Source of the DNA: Callorhinchus milii
Lineage: Eukaryota
DNA length: 64,000 nucleotides
Reading direction: 5' to 3'
Assembly (NCBI RefSeq): GCF_018977255.1
Contig: NW_024704742.1
Span: 114,888,001-114,952,000, forward strand
Part shown: positions 40,807 to 53,408 of the stretch, piece by piece
Layout of the letters: each line of letters begins with the position of its first letter
Numbering within the stretch: position 1 is the stretch's first letter
Translations under genes and position numbers: made by a program
The notes under the pieces: generated by a model
What the model was told of the DNA's origin: nothing
Database searches by the model: none
Seen by the model: the letters and a program-made list of their open reading frames with translations, nothing else

Positions 40807-41284
40807 GAAAACACTAGCATTGACTAGTTGGGCTCAATGGCCTGTTTTAATGTTACAGTATAGATTTTTNGTAAATCTCTATAATAAACCTGAATAATTT
40901 AAATAGACAGGAGCTGGTTTAGTTGATAATAATAACCAATAATCTGCAATTGATATAGCGCCTTTCATGTCAGAAAGGACATCTCCGAGCACTTCTCAGG
41001 AGATGCTTCATGTGAAACTCTTCGTTTTGCAGTTTTGTCTCCACCAACAGTTTACACACAGCTGACAGTGAGCCTGAGCTGAGGAATGCGAGGTGCGAGG
41101 AGAAGCTGGTGGGGAAGGGAAGAAAAGTCAACTGAAAGCAAGGTCGAAAAGATAGGTCTTAAGGTGAGCTTCAAAGGTGAGTAAAGATGGTGCAAGGTGC
41201 AGGGAGTCCTGGATGAAATTCCAAAGAGCAGGCAAAATAGCAGTCCAAGAGCTCAGTGCCCCACGGAAGCTAACAATAATAGTA

Positions 41285-41585
41285 ATATAATAATCATCCT
41301 TGCATTTGATAGAGCCTTATCATGTCATTGATAAGTTTTAAACCGTTTCATAGCACACACTGTAAAGTGGATTGACTGGATATTTTGTGGGCAAAATGCA
41401 GCAGCTATTTGCACACAGCAGTGTCCCACAAACAGCCGTGAATTGAGTCACCAATTTTTTGGGGAGGGATTATTACCACCAGAAAGCGATCTGTTAATCG
41501 ATTAACAACTGGGTTCCGACTTACTGCGGGGTAAACAGAGGCAGGTGGAGTAAGGAAACTTGCCTAAGGTTTCGCCCGCTTGGGA
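41285..41585 (-). mobile_element. SINE family A copy, head truncated
   Basis: Central block and tail homology. Confidence 0.85.
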
Positions 41586-42227
41586 AACCTTTCCTCATAA
41601 CTCAGATCGCTGTCCCTTAGACCCTGGAAATAATCTAACAGATCTTCACTGGGATCTGTTAAATCAATTATACAAGCAACAAGTTAACAAGAGAGAAAAC
41701 AAAATCAGCTTGCTGTTGTTATTGCAATTATTTATAGCTTGATAGATCAGGAATGGCACATAAAGGCTTGAGCATTCAGAAAGCAAAATTATAAACCTTG
41801 TTTTATCAGTACCATGCGATTATCGATGTCTTTAATGACACCACAAGGCACGAATCCAGTGCTGAAACATGCAATTAGCCCACACACAATTTACCTTCAT
41901 TTAACAGGTCTACTGCATGCAGTATTGTCTGCGTAAAAGAAGCTCAGGTCGCAAAAATGTCAACGCATATTATGCAAAATAAAGTTTTGAAACTACTTGT
42001 ATTTTAATTTAAGAAAATATTCGCAACTCTCTTAAAGTAAACTTAATGTTACTTTTTTTTTTCTCTTCATTCACCTCTAGGTTGGTGAAAAAAATCCTCC
42101 TAGGATGAAATCACCGCACTTCTGGAAGAGGTTTCATTCAAGAGTCAACTGTGAAGTTAGCTACACACATTACTGCTGTTCTCTGTCCTGTGCTTTCAGG
42201 TAAAGTTAGGTTTAGGTTTTAATACAA

Positions 42228-43051
42228 GACAGAGGCCCTCCTGCTTGGCTCCCGGCAGCGCCTCCTCACCCCAGCCACTATCACCATTGATGGCTGCACT
42301 CTTCACCGAGCCAATCCGAAACCTCGGTATCCTTTTCGACACTCAACAATCCTTCAAACCCCACATTCGTGCCGTGACCCATTCCGGCTTTCCACACCTC
42401 CGCAACATTGCCCACCACTGCCTCACCGCAGGCCACTGAGACCCCGATCAACACTTTCATTACATCCCGGCTTGACTACTCCAACCGCCTGCTCACTGGA
42501 CTGCCCACTCTTCCCTCCACAAGTTGCAAATTATTCAGAATTATTCAGAAATCTGCAGCTCATGTCCGCTCCTGCACCAGGCTCCAGGAACCTGTCACCC
42601 CTGTTCTTGCCTGGCTTCACTGGCTCCCCATTCCTCAGAGAATCAAGTTCAAAACCCTCGTTCTTACCTTCAAGGCCTTCCACGGTCTTGCTCCCTCTAC
42701 CCCTCCAACCTCCTAGCCCCATATCAACCTGTCCGCTCGGCGGACACCGGCCTGCTTCAGGCCCCCCGAATTTTCTGCCCCACCATTGGCGGTCGGGCAT
42801 TCAGCATCTCTGCCCCCACACTCTGGAACTCTATTCCGCAATCCCTTCACCTCACCCCTCTCTTGCCTCCTTCAAGTCCCGTCTGAAGACCTTCCTCTTC
42901 AATCTTGCCTTCGACCACCCGCCCACTCCCAACCCCACCCTCCCTCCCCTTCTGACCCCAACTCCCAGATTGGGTCCAAAACCCCTGATTGTCCAGCGCC
43001 CTCTGACATCTTTCTGACATGAAAGGCACTAAACAAGTGGAATTTGTTGTT
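42228..43051 (+). mobile_element. L2 LINE 3' portion
   Basis: RNLGILFD, FITSRLDYSN, LHWLPIPQRIKFK, GGRAFSISAPTLWNSIP motifs across frames. Confidence 0.94.
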
Positions 43052-45364
43052 CTGGTTTTATCCAAAGCCCGTTCAATTTTGAGGTCCCTTCTGAAAAGAT
43101 CTAGCTCAACCCGATACAACTGTAGACTTGAAAAGAGACATGACCATCGGAAACCTTATAAAAATATTGTAATAAAATTCTAATTATGATAAAGAACAAA
43201 ACTATCAGATATACCAATGCAACAGCACAAGAGGGCACACAGGATAAATAATAACTGAAATGCATTGCTAGAAAGTGTAGCAAAGTCCAGGACAATTAAT
43301 TCAATTAACAAGTAACTTAATGAATGGAACATGTTAAGGTGAGTATTCTGAAAGGGTGAGATCAAGTGGGCTGAAGGATGGGCCATCTTCATTTATACTC
43401 CTCTTGTGAACTAGTAAACAACTTGTACAGTGGGAAGACAAATTAGATGGATTTTGTTTTGGTTAGCCGGGAGTCTGAGACGTGCGGAAACCCCTCACCA
43501 TGCTTAAGAGTATCCAAACTAAACTGAGAATTCCATGCATCCCAACTACACATGGAAATCCCATTGTTGGAATTGAATGCGCATTCTCTCCCTGGAGGGA
43601 CGCATCCTGCTTACCTAATTCCGGAAAGTATTAGGCGCAGAGATGAAAGTCAGAGAGCCACAGAGAGAGGGAGAGATAGAAAAAAAAAGCAGAGAGAGAA
43701 AATCAGAGACAAAGAGAGAATCAGACAAAGAGATGAAAGAGATACAGAGAAACTGACAGAGGCAGTCATAGGGATGAGAAAGATAGAGAGAGAAAAACAC
43801 TAGAATACAAGGTGAGAGGGCAAATCACAAACATCAGGAGAGTTTAACTGAATTATTTAATCCAGGTTTTAATTGATGGCTTCAGCCACCATTTACAGCC
43901 ACCTCATAAATCACAGTTAAGCCCAAATGTACAACGCAAATGTTCCCATGGCAACTACAGTCACTAATGAAATCCTGTGCACCGGGTCTTCAGAACCATA
44001 AAAACAGCAAACAGGTTTTATAAAAAAAATCAATAAGCATCTTCGACCAATTCTTTTCAATAAAAAAACCTGCAAATTACAAGTTTTTATAATATTTTTG
44101 CTGGATATCCAATACATATGGAAACTCGTCAAAAAGCTTAAAGAACTTCCAAACCAGTCCTCTACACACGTTTGCCACCTACACACGGAAATGTCCCTGC
44201 GTTTGGAACAAAATACACTCTCTCTCCCTGGAGGGACACATCCTGTTTACCCAATTTCAGAGAGAATTAGGCGTTGGTTGGTAAGAGCCAAGGTTTGAGG
44301 ACCCTAGTGTGCGTTGAGTTTAACCAGCTGAAACCACACAGCTTGCCTTTGAAAATATTGTTTGGCAAGCGTTCCTCTGCTTGCCCACTTAGGGCTTGTC
44401 CCTATCCTTTAGGGCTTTGGTTTGCAGGATTAACAAGAGCTGAGTGGAAAAAATCCTTACTCCCAGTACCGTGGACTCATTTGGCTCAGGACCTGGACTA
44501 CCAAGACTGCCACAGAAGGCTGACTCGATTCCGACATTCTACTATGAATCACGTCACCTTGGAGCCAGCTTAACCCCAAGGAGACACCTTCCCCGACACT
44601 GGGAGTTTAGTAAATCATTGCTATGCATATTGCGTATTAGGAAGATTGACTCGAAGCAGGTCTGCGGGTTCAAACTGTGGGCTTGATGCTTGAGTTCAAC
44701 GGCAACTGGAATATGCGGTTATTATTTCCTGGAGGAGAGTGTGCTGCAGACTGAGATGAGCTGAGGGCTGCTGCTGTTGATCCCAACACATGCTCCGGGG
44801 ATGATGTTGACCTTGTATTAAGGGAAGTCCCAATCTGCCACAGGCTGCACTTAATTACAACTACAAAGCCGCACAGCACCAGATGGCGACGGAATCAACA
44901 GAAATGTTCGGCTGCGTGCAGCTCTGTGGACCCAACAGTCACTAGCAATGTACATAGTGGATGCAATTTAAATCCATTAGACAGACTAGTCAAATGTACA
45001 GTCCATGTGATATTTATTACATTGAATGGGCTCAGCCGCAGTAACCCACTCCCCCCCCCCCCCCATTAACACCCCAAACATGGCTTCTCAGACTTTAGCG
45101 TTGAAGTCCTCCCGACATGAAAGGCGCTATACAAATGTAATCTTGTTGTTGCTGTTGAGGATTGTATTGGGGAGGGATGGTCACCTCATAAGGTCAAAAA
45201 GGGAAAACATAACACATAAATCTTCTTCACACTTGTTTGTCACCAATTGTTATTCATTCATTATTTTGCTGTCTCCCTGTTCAGGTGGACGTTAAAGATC
45301 CCATGTCACTGTTCGACAAGAGAAGGGAGTTTCTCCCGGTGTCGTGGCTAATAATCCTCCAGAT

Positions 45365-47607
45365 CAACAACAACAACAAAATCACATTTATAGAGCGCCT
45401 TTCACGTCGGGAGGACGTCCGAAAGCACTGACCAGTCAGGTGTAGGGGCCTGAGCATGGCGGAGGGGTGGTGTAGGGGCGAGGGAAGGCAGAGAGGTGGG
45501 AGGGCGACCAAAGGCACGATCGAAGAGAAGGGTCTTGAGACCAGCCTTGAAGGAGGCAAGGCAGGAAGCGAAGCGAAGGGACCGTGGGATGGAGTTCCAG
45601 AGTGTGGGGGCGAGAGGCTGAAAGCCTGGCCACCGATGGTAGGGCGGGCTTGATGTGAGACATGGAGTAGGCTGGAGCCCGCTGAACGGAGGGAGTGGAC
45701 AGGTTGGTAGGGAGTCAGCAGGTCAGAGAGGTAGGAGGGGGCAAGGCCATGGATGGCCTTGAAAGTGAGGGCAAGGATCCTGAATTCAATCCTCTGGGGG
45801 ATGGGGAGTCAGTGGGGTCGGGCGAGGGTGGGAATGATGGGGTCACGGAGCCTGGTGCGCGAGAGTACATAAGCTGCAAAGTTTTGGATGATCTACAGCA
45901 TGCGAAGGGAAGGATGGGGAAGGCCGATGAAGAGGGAGTTCCCACAGTCGAGCCTTTTGGTGTGACGAATGTGTGGGTGAGGGTTTCAGCAGCCTGAGGG
46001 GGTGAGGCTGTGGGGGAGTCTGGCAATGTTGCAGAGGTGGTGGTAGGCAGTGCCGGTCATGGCGCGGATGTGGGGGAGAAAGGACAAGTCAAGGTCGAAC
46101 AAGATACCCAGGTTCCTGACTGGCTTAGTGAGGTTGAGTGTGCAGCCGTGGAGGCTGATGCTGCCAGCGCCTGAGGTGCGGAGGCTCTAACACAAGCCAA
46201 TCGGGAGGGCCTCGGTCTTACTGACGTTGAGTTGGAGAAAGTTGGCCTTCGTCCAGGACTTGACGTCAGATAGGCAGTCGGTCAGGATCTCAGTAGTCCT
46301 GGAGTTGAGGATGGAGGCAGAGAGATAGAGTTGGGTGTCATTCGCATACCATGTGGAAATTTACCCCATGTCTGCAGATGATGTCACCAAGGGGGAGCAT
46401 GTAGAGGGTGACAAGGAGGGGACCGAGGAGAGCCCTGAGGAACACCACACGAGATGGTGTCGGGCTGGAGGAGAAGCCAGTTGCCGCGACAAAGTGGAGG
46501 CGGTGTTAAGGTAGGACCTGAACCAATCAAGGACAGAACCTTGAAGGTTGAGGTGAGAGGAGAGGCGGTGGAGGAGGATTGAGTAGTCCACAGTGTCAAA
46601 GGCGGCGGAGAGGTCAAGGAGGACGAGGAGGCAGAAGGAGCCCTGGTCACACATCAGGATGTCGTTTGTGACCTTGACCAGAGCAGTTTCCATGCTATGG
46701 GCAGCACAGAAACCCGATTGGAGGGGTTCATGGAGGGAGCGAGAGGAGAGAAAAGAGCAAAGCTGAGAGGCAACGGTTCTCTCAAGGACCTTGGATAGGA
46801 AGGGGAGATTTGAGATGGGCCGGTAGCTCGATGGCTGTGATGGATCAAGGGAAGGTTTCTTCAAGGTAGGCGTGATAGTGGCTGTTTTAAGGGGGGAAGG
46901 AACAGTGCCAGATGACAGGGAGAGATTAATGATGTCGGCGAGTAGTGGGACAAGGAGGTGGAGCTGAGATTTAAGTAGAGGGGTGGGGATGGGGTCAAGG
47001 GAGCAGGTGGTGGGCTTCATGGAGGTTATGGTGCTGAAGACAGAGGAGGGGATGACAGGTTCAAAGGTGTGGAAGGAGGGATGGGTAGTTGTCAGATGGG
47101 TAGTTGTGTGGGGTGGGGGTAGGGAGGGGGTGGAAGTTGGGAGGGCAGTGGCAGCTGAGCGGATTCCCTCGATTTTGGACTCGAAGAAGTGCAGCATTTT
47201 CTCTCAGTGAGAGTCAGAGGAAAGTATCTGCGAGGCGTGTCGGGGAGGGGGGAGGAGCCGGTTGGTGGTGGAGCACAAGAGCCTGGGGTTGCCCTTCGCT
47301 TCCAGGATTAACCTGGAATAGAAGGATGATTTGGCTGAGGCAAGAGCGGAGCGGTAGGTTTTGATGAAGTCCAGCCAGATGTGCCAATGGACCGTTAGGC
47401 TAAATTTGAGCCAAGTGCGTTCGGCAGACCGCACATGACCCTTAAGCGAGCAGAGGTGGCTGGTGAACCAGGGTGAGGATCGGGAATAGGAGGCAGTTCG
47501 ATAGGTGAGGGGGCAAGGATGTCGAGTGCAGTGGAGAAGGTGCTGTGGAGAAGAGCGAGTGCAGCAAGTGGGTTGGTGCGAGAGGTGGGCCAGAGGGGGA
47601 GGGGTGA
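45365..47607 (-). mobile_element. L2 LINE, 2.2 kb, 5'-truncated, with degenerate RT
   Basis: ORF 46361-47197 with TCSLDPIPT, YRPISNLPFLSKVLE, QSGF..HSMETAL, LLDLSAAFDTVD; (GTT)n tail at about 45365. Confidence 0.96.
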
Positions 47608-47879
47608 TTAATCAAACTGTTTAATCACTTCGTGACTGTTTGTTGGGACTTTGTTGCGCACAAATTGGCTGCCGCATTCGTCTACAACTACACAGCCATT
47701 ACACTTTACAGTAAAATCCCGTAGACCGCTTTGAGATTCCAAATGTGAGGAGATAATGATTTCCTCGAATACAAAATCAAGGGGATCCGCTCTGTTGGAC
47801 ATGAAAGGTGCTATACAAATGTAATTCGTTGTTGATGCATCTACCCTTTCTACTGCCATTCCCTCCCCATCTCCCTTGC

Positions 47880-49079
47880 CGGCCCCCAGCCATCCCCATC
47901 CCTCCCTCCTCACATTTGACCTTGTCTCCACCCTCTTCTCTCACCTCTATCATTTCCCAAATGATGGCCATCACCTGCTCCCTGGACCCCATCCCTACCC
48001 CTCTCCTTACCTCTTAGCTCTATTTTCTTGCCCCCACTTCTAACAGACATCATCAACCTCTCTCTGTCCATTGGCACCTTACCCACCCCCTTAACAACAG
48101 TTGTCATCAGCCCATCAAAAAGCCTATCTCTGATCTGATCTCTGATCTGCAACTACCTTCCCATTTCAAACCTTCCTTTTCTCTCCAAGGTCCTAGGAAC
48201 AAGTCGCTGTATCCCAGCTTCTCTCTTTCTTTTCCTGGCATTCCCTCTATTAACCTCTCCAAATGGCTTCCGTGCTGCCCACTGCACAGAGACAGCCTTG
48301 GTCAAAGTTACAAGTGACATTCTGTCCATCTTTGACCAGGGAGCTCTCATTTCTACCTTCTGTTCCTGCCTGGTTTCACTCTTACCTTTCCCAACATCTG
48401 CACTTTGTATCCATCAACACCTTCTCCTACTGACTTCATACCTTCACGTGCGGCATTCCGCAGGGCTCTCTCTGTCCTTGTTCCTCTCCTTTTAAATATC
48501 TACATGCTCCCGCTTGGTGATGTCATCCGCAGACGGGGTTAATTTCCACATGTATGCAAATGACACCCACTCTATCTCTCTGCCTCCACTGGCCTTGCCA
48601 ACTCTTCCCTCCACAAGCTACAGATTCTTCAGAACTCTGCAGGTCATGTCCTCTCCCATACCAAACTCTGTGAACCCATCACCCCACCCTCACCCAACTC
48701 CAATGGGTCCCTATCCCTCAGAGGATGGAGTTTAAAATCCTTGCCCTCACTTTTAAAGCCCTCTACGGACATTCTTCTCCCTATCTCTGCGATGGCGGGC
48801 ACTAGCCTGCTCCATGTGCCCCTCCCTGCCCACCCCACCGGCCTTCAGCTTTTCTGCCATCACACTATGGGGAACTCCATCCCAGAATCCCTCCACCTCC
48901 CTTACCTCCTTCAAGGCCCAACTCAAGACCCTCCTCTTTGACCATGCCATCAGCCACCCTCCTACCCTTTTACCCTCCATCCCTCGATTCCAACCCCAAG
49001 CTCAGATGCAAACCCTAAACCATCCAGCATTTTGGAACTTCCTTCTGACATGAAAAGCACTATATAATTTTGTTGTTGT
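47880..49079 (+). mobile_element. Older, internally deleted L2 LINE
   Basis: TCSLDPIPT, ccatttcaaaccttccttttctctccaagg, FHMYANDT and LKTLLFD remnants plus tail. Confidence 0.88.
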
Positions 49080-49614
49080 CATGTTTCAAAAACATAAGGC
49101 ACAACGTGAAACACAAGAATTATTGTTATTGTTCTTGCACTACAACCAAGCCAAAAACATTACCGATATCCAGGGGGGGGAAAGAGAGGGTAAACTTGCT
49201 CCAGATTGCTGGTGATCTCATTGTGCAAATAGACGGTTTTATTTCCACAATGCTCCTCACATTTATTACACACCAAATTAAATCTTTTAATCAACATATG
49301 CCTTCCACAACAGAGCACTCGCCAGAGTTCTGTCTCACTCTCACACAAGTTGCCATTGTCTACATTTGCCTATTTCTACCTTCTTTGCTACGATCTTTAT
49401 TAAATCCAGGAAACACTCAAAAACAGTTTATCCAGACATTATTCACTTGAAGCTGTGGGTTAAGAGAAAAGAATAAAAAAAGTATATCACAGCCTTCTTT
49501 CATTGTCATTCAGGAATCCAATCTTAAGAAAGCAAAGGGCACATAAAACAAACACAGAGCTTTGCACTGACATTATTAAAATTTTCTCCATGAAATTTAA
49601 TGCTATAATTCTAC

Positions 49615-49969
49615 AATAAAAATCCTTGCATTTGATATAGCGCCTTATCACGTCTGAAAGCACTTCATAGAATATACTGTAAAGTGAATTGACTGTGTAT
49701 TTTGTGGATGAAACGTGGCAGCCAATTGTGCACAGCAGTGTCCCACAAACAGTCGTAGATTGACTGACCAAATATTGTTTTTTTTAATAAAGGAATTATT
49801 ATCCCCGGAAAGTGATCCGCCAATCGACTAACAACTGGATTCCTAGTTACTGCTAGGTAAACAGAGGCGTGTAAAGTAGGAAACTTGCCTAAGGTTTCCA
49901 CCCGGGAAGCAAACTGAGGTCCTCTCACTTGCAAAGCGAGTGCTCTAAACAATAAGCTATAGGACTCCA
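49615..49969 (-). mobile_element. SINE family A copy, long form
   Basis: Full head, central block and tail. Confidence 0.88.
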
Positions 49970-50337
49970 CATTATCTGGTTCCTACACTCGTTAACAACC
50001 AGATACTAATAAGCAGTCATTTTATTTTGGATCAGCCTTCGGTACAACTGGAAGCCAGTTGGTGGGGTGAATTCTGTGTCCAGATCAGATATACATTCGC
50101 CTGAAGTTGCTCTTACTTGAGTTACTGCTATTTTCACTAATTTGGACAAGTATTGCTGTTCAAACCGAAACATAGAATTTTTTCTTTGGTCAGCTGGGTG
50201 TCTAGATATCTGCAGAAACCCACCACCATGCTTAAGAGTATTCAACTAGACTGATAGTTCCACATATGCATGCCAGTACACATGAAGGCTACCCTGTGTA
50301 CATGAGCACATCAGCTTGAAGACAGCTCAATCCCAAA

Positions 50338-50545
50338 TAAAACACAAAATACTGCAGATGCTGGATATCTGAAACAAAAACAATGAGATCACCAACAATC
50401 TGGAGCAAGTTTATCCTCTCCCTACTTCGGAAATCGGTGATATGTTCTGACAAAGGGTCATGGACCCAAAATGTTGACCCACTTTCCTTTCTCCATAGAT
50501 GCTGCCTGACCTGCTGAGTGTTCCCAGCGACTTCTGTTTTTGTTT
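50338..50545 (+). mobile_element. Probable Penelope-like terminal-repeat remnant with decayed hammerhead motif
   Basis: aaaatactgcagatgctgga...ctgacaaagggtcatggacccaaaatgtt...gatgctgcctgacctgctgag...ttctgtttttgttt resembles an abundant chondrichthyan repeat. Family assignment is from memory. Confidence 0.55.
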
Positions 50546-51404
50546 GAGTCTAGTCAAGCTGTTGGATTATTATAAAGAATGTGTGGTACATTTATCTATA
50601 CATAGAAGATCTAAGTTGTTTCCAAAGAGCTGAGAGTTGGCACAGCATGGAAAGAGAATGAACCGGTCCTGTGAGATGTCACGCAAATCCAGCTTCTGTT
50701 TTTTTTCCGAGTGGGAAATGGGAACTTTTGATAATAGTTAATGAATAAAGGGTGCAGAATCCTTCAGTACAAGGTGGGCAAAACTCCTCACTCGCCAAGA
50801 CAACCTCGTCAAATACTGATAGCATATGCTGCCTTATTCCCCTGTAATTATCTAGTTTACTGTTGCCTAGCAGCAAAAGAAAGCGTAAACGAACATTTAT
50901 TCTGGTTTAATTAAAAAACTAATCCAATGCCAGAATTGGAAAATATAAGCTGTATTGTCAGCACAAGGTCTGTCATCATAAAGCACTTTTTGTTTATTTT
51001 TTATTCAAGTCCATTACCCCAAATTAATTCAATTTGATCAACTAATAATATCCAAATATGAAAGGCTTAGTTATTCTTTATTCTGTTCATATTGGGAAAA
51101 TTCCTGGTATTTCAAGCCATGGTGAAGCAAGTCGACAGGTCTCTGAATGACTGAATTGTTACTTTTGTTGACCTCCTTCCCACCAACATCAAATTGGTCA
51201 TTCACTTCATTGCTATTTGCGAGACATTCACTTAATGGCTGTGACCTATAAAATACATAGTCATTACACTTCACAATAAATCCTGTGAAGCATTTTGATA
51301 TGTTTTGATGACACGATAAGGTGTCATATCAAATGGAAGCATTATTTATTATTATCCATTGAATATTTAAAAGCAAACGGTTTGTACCTTTCAGAAACGT
51401 GGGT

Positions 51405-52215
51405 TGATAATAATGATTCTTGCATTTGGTATCGCAACTCATCACGTCGTTGAGACATCTCAAAGTACTTCAGAGGACTTTATTATGAAGTGCAGCAACT
51501 GTATATGTGTAGGAGAACCCAACAGCCAATTTGCACACAGCATTGTCCCACAAACAGCCCTTAAGTGAATGACCAATCTTATTTATGGGATTGTTGACCA
51601 GGACACTATTCTTTTTTCGAATAGTGCCCTAGTATCTTTAACGTCCACCTGCACAGATAGAAGGGGTCTCGTTGCAAGCATAAACAGCCAGTGGTGTTTC
51701 ACTCAGTGTTAGTGTTGAACAGACGTAAGAACACGAGAAAAGACCAAGGTCCATCTGGTTCGCAAGTACATATGTCCCAAACTACCTCGTTTAAAGTTAA
51801 GTTAAATCTGCATCTGAAACATCATGACAAAATTTTCTAAAAACTCAAGCATGGAAAGGGATATTCAGGAGGCTTAAATAATAAACCTTGCATTTAGTAC
51901 AGCACCATTCACGTCAGGAAGAAGTGGCAAAGCACTTCACAAGATTTACTGTGAAGTGGAGTAACTGTACATTTGTGGACAAACATTGCAGCAAATTTAC
52001 ACTCAGTAATGTCCCACAAACAGCCATGAATTCCATTTTGGGGGCCAGGACACCGGGAGAAATCGCCTTCTCTTTTTGAATAGTGCCTCAGGATCTTTAA
52101 CAAACAGACAGGACCTCGGTTTAACGTCTCATCTGAACGACCGACAATACAACCTACCCCAACATTGCAATGTCAACTTAGATGATGTGAAATCAAGTTC
52201 CGACGTGGGACTTAA
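51405..52215 (-). mobile_element. Two Deu-domain SINE family B copies (about 51405-51670 and 51877-52215)
   Basis: ccaggacac...gaatagtgcc...atctttaac Deu core plus tail in both. Confidence 0.75.
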
Positions 52216-53408
52216 CTACCACATGGCACAGGAGTATCATTCTGAAGGCAACAGTGAGGATTTTCTTATCAATATTTCCAAAGTTATTTCTTGTGATTTT
52301 CTGGCCTCTGTACCTAAAGGTGCTGTCTCATGCTGGGATAGAATAACAATAATAACGCTTGCATTTGATATAGTTCAATAGGTGCCAGTTCCAGCCTGTT
52401 CTCCACCCAAGTAGCTAGAGATTACAGACTGTCCCACTGAGGGTTGGGACAAGCACACAGCTGGGTTCGATCTCGTCCATTCCAGTGACCTGAAACATCT
52501 TGGAGCATTAGCCTTAGGACCCCGGCCTTCAATTTTAAAACTATTCAGACTTTTTGAAAATTCTTAAAATTCAATCTCAATTTGAAAGCTTTTGTTTGGG
52601 GGGGGAAAAAAACTACAGCAAAACGGTTTCCTAAATTTTGGAATTTTTTCATACATGCACACCACACGCATGCAGACAAACACTCGTAGTCTAGGCTCAC
52701 ACATGAAGAAGAGCCTTTTGGGGTGCCAGAGAATGGCTCCAGATACTCCAATATGAGCCAACACCTATAAACCAAGTATTGGGTGAGACAAAAATAAATC
52801 ACACAAACAGCAAAACATAGCAAGCAACACTGGATTCAAAATATCCCTCACCCTCATTAAACTCCACACCTTGTATGAGCACCTAAAGAATATAACAAGC
52901 ATCAATTTTAGCTAAAGATACATCTCCTCCTTCCTATTTTCACAGAACAGCAAGCTGAGTTTTTCGCCTTCTATTTTATATTCTATTCTAATGTGGACCT
53001 CCTGCAAAATTAGCACATTCAAGAAAAACAAGTCAAGACTGAGAACTTTTTTCTCCTTTTATATACAATTCCTCCCCCCAAAAAACCCCAGAAGCAGCAT
53101 CATAGAAAGTGCCAGCGCAGACAACAACAACAACAACAAGATTCCATTTATAGAGCGCCTTTCACGTCGGGAGGACATCCCAAGGCGCTGGACAACAGCT
53201 GCCGAGCAGAGAGGATTCAAAATATGGGGAATATTTCCTTTAAAAGAAATACAAGCTTTGCAAAGCTTGGAACAGGCACTAAGATCTCACAGGAACTGAA
53301 TACATTTAATTTAAGGATGAGAAAATTATACCTGTCAGAGAGAACACAACACTAACTGCAGACTAAATTCCCAAGACTCGAGGCACCAATTTTATTATCT
53401 TTTCCTCC

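Noticed and set aside
15082..40870. Single N bases at 15082, 19575 and 40870
   Set aside because: All sit at T homopolymer runs in introns and reflect assembly ambiguity, not biology.
46361..47197. 278-aa ORF as a functional or domesticated reverse transcriptase
   Set aside because: It frameshifts before the catalytic YADD region, the element is 5'-truncated, and it is an ordinary decayed L2.
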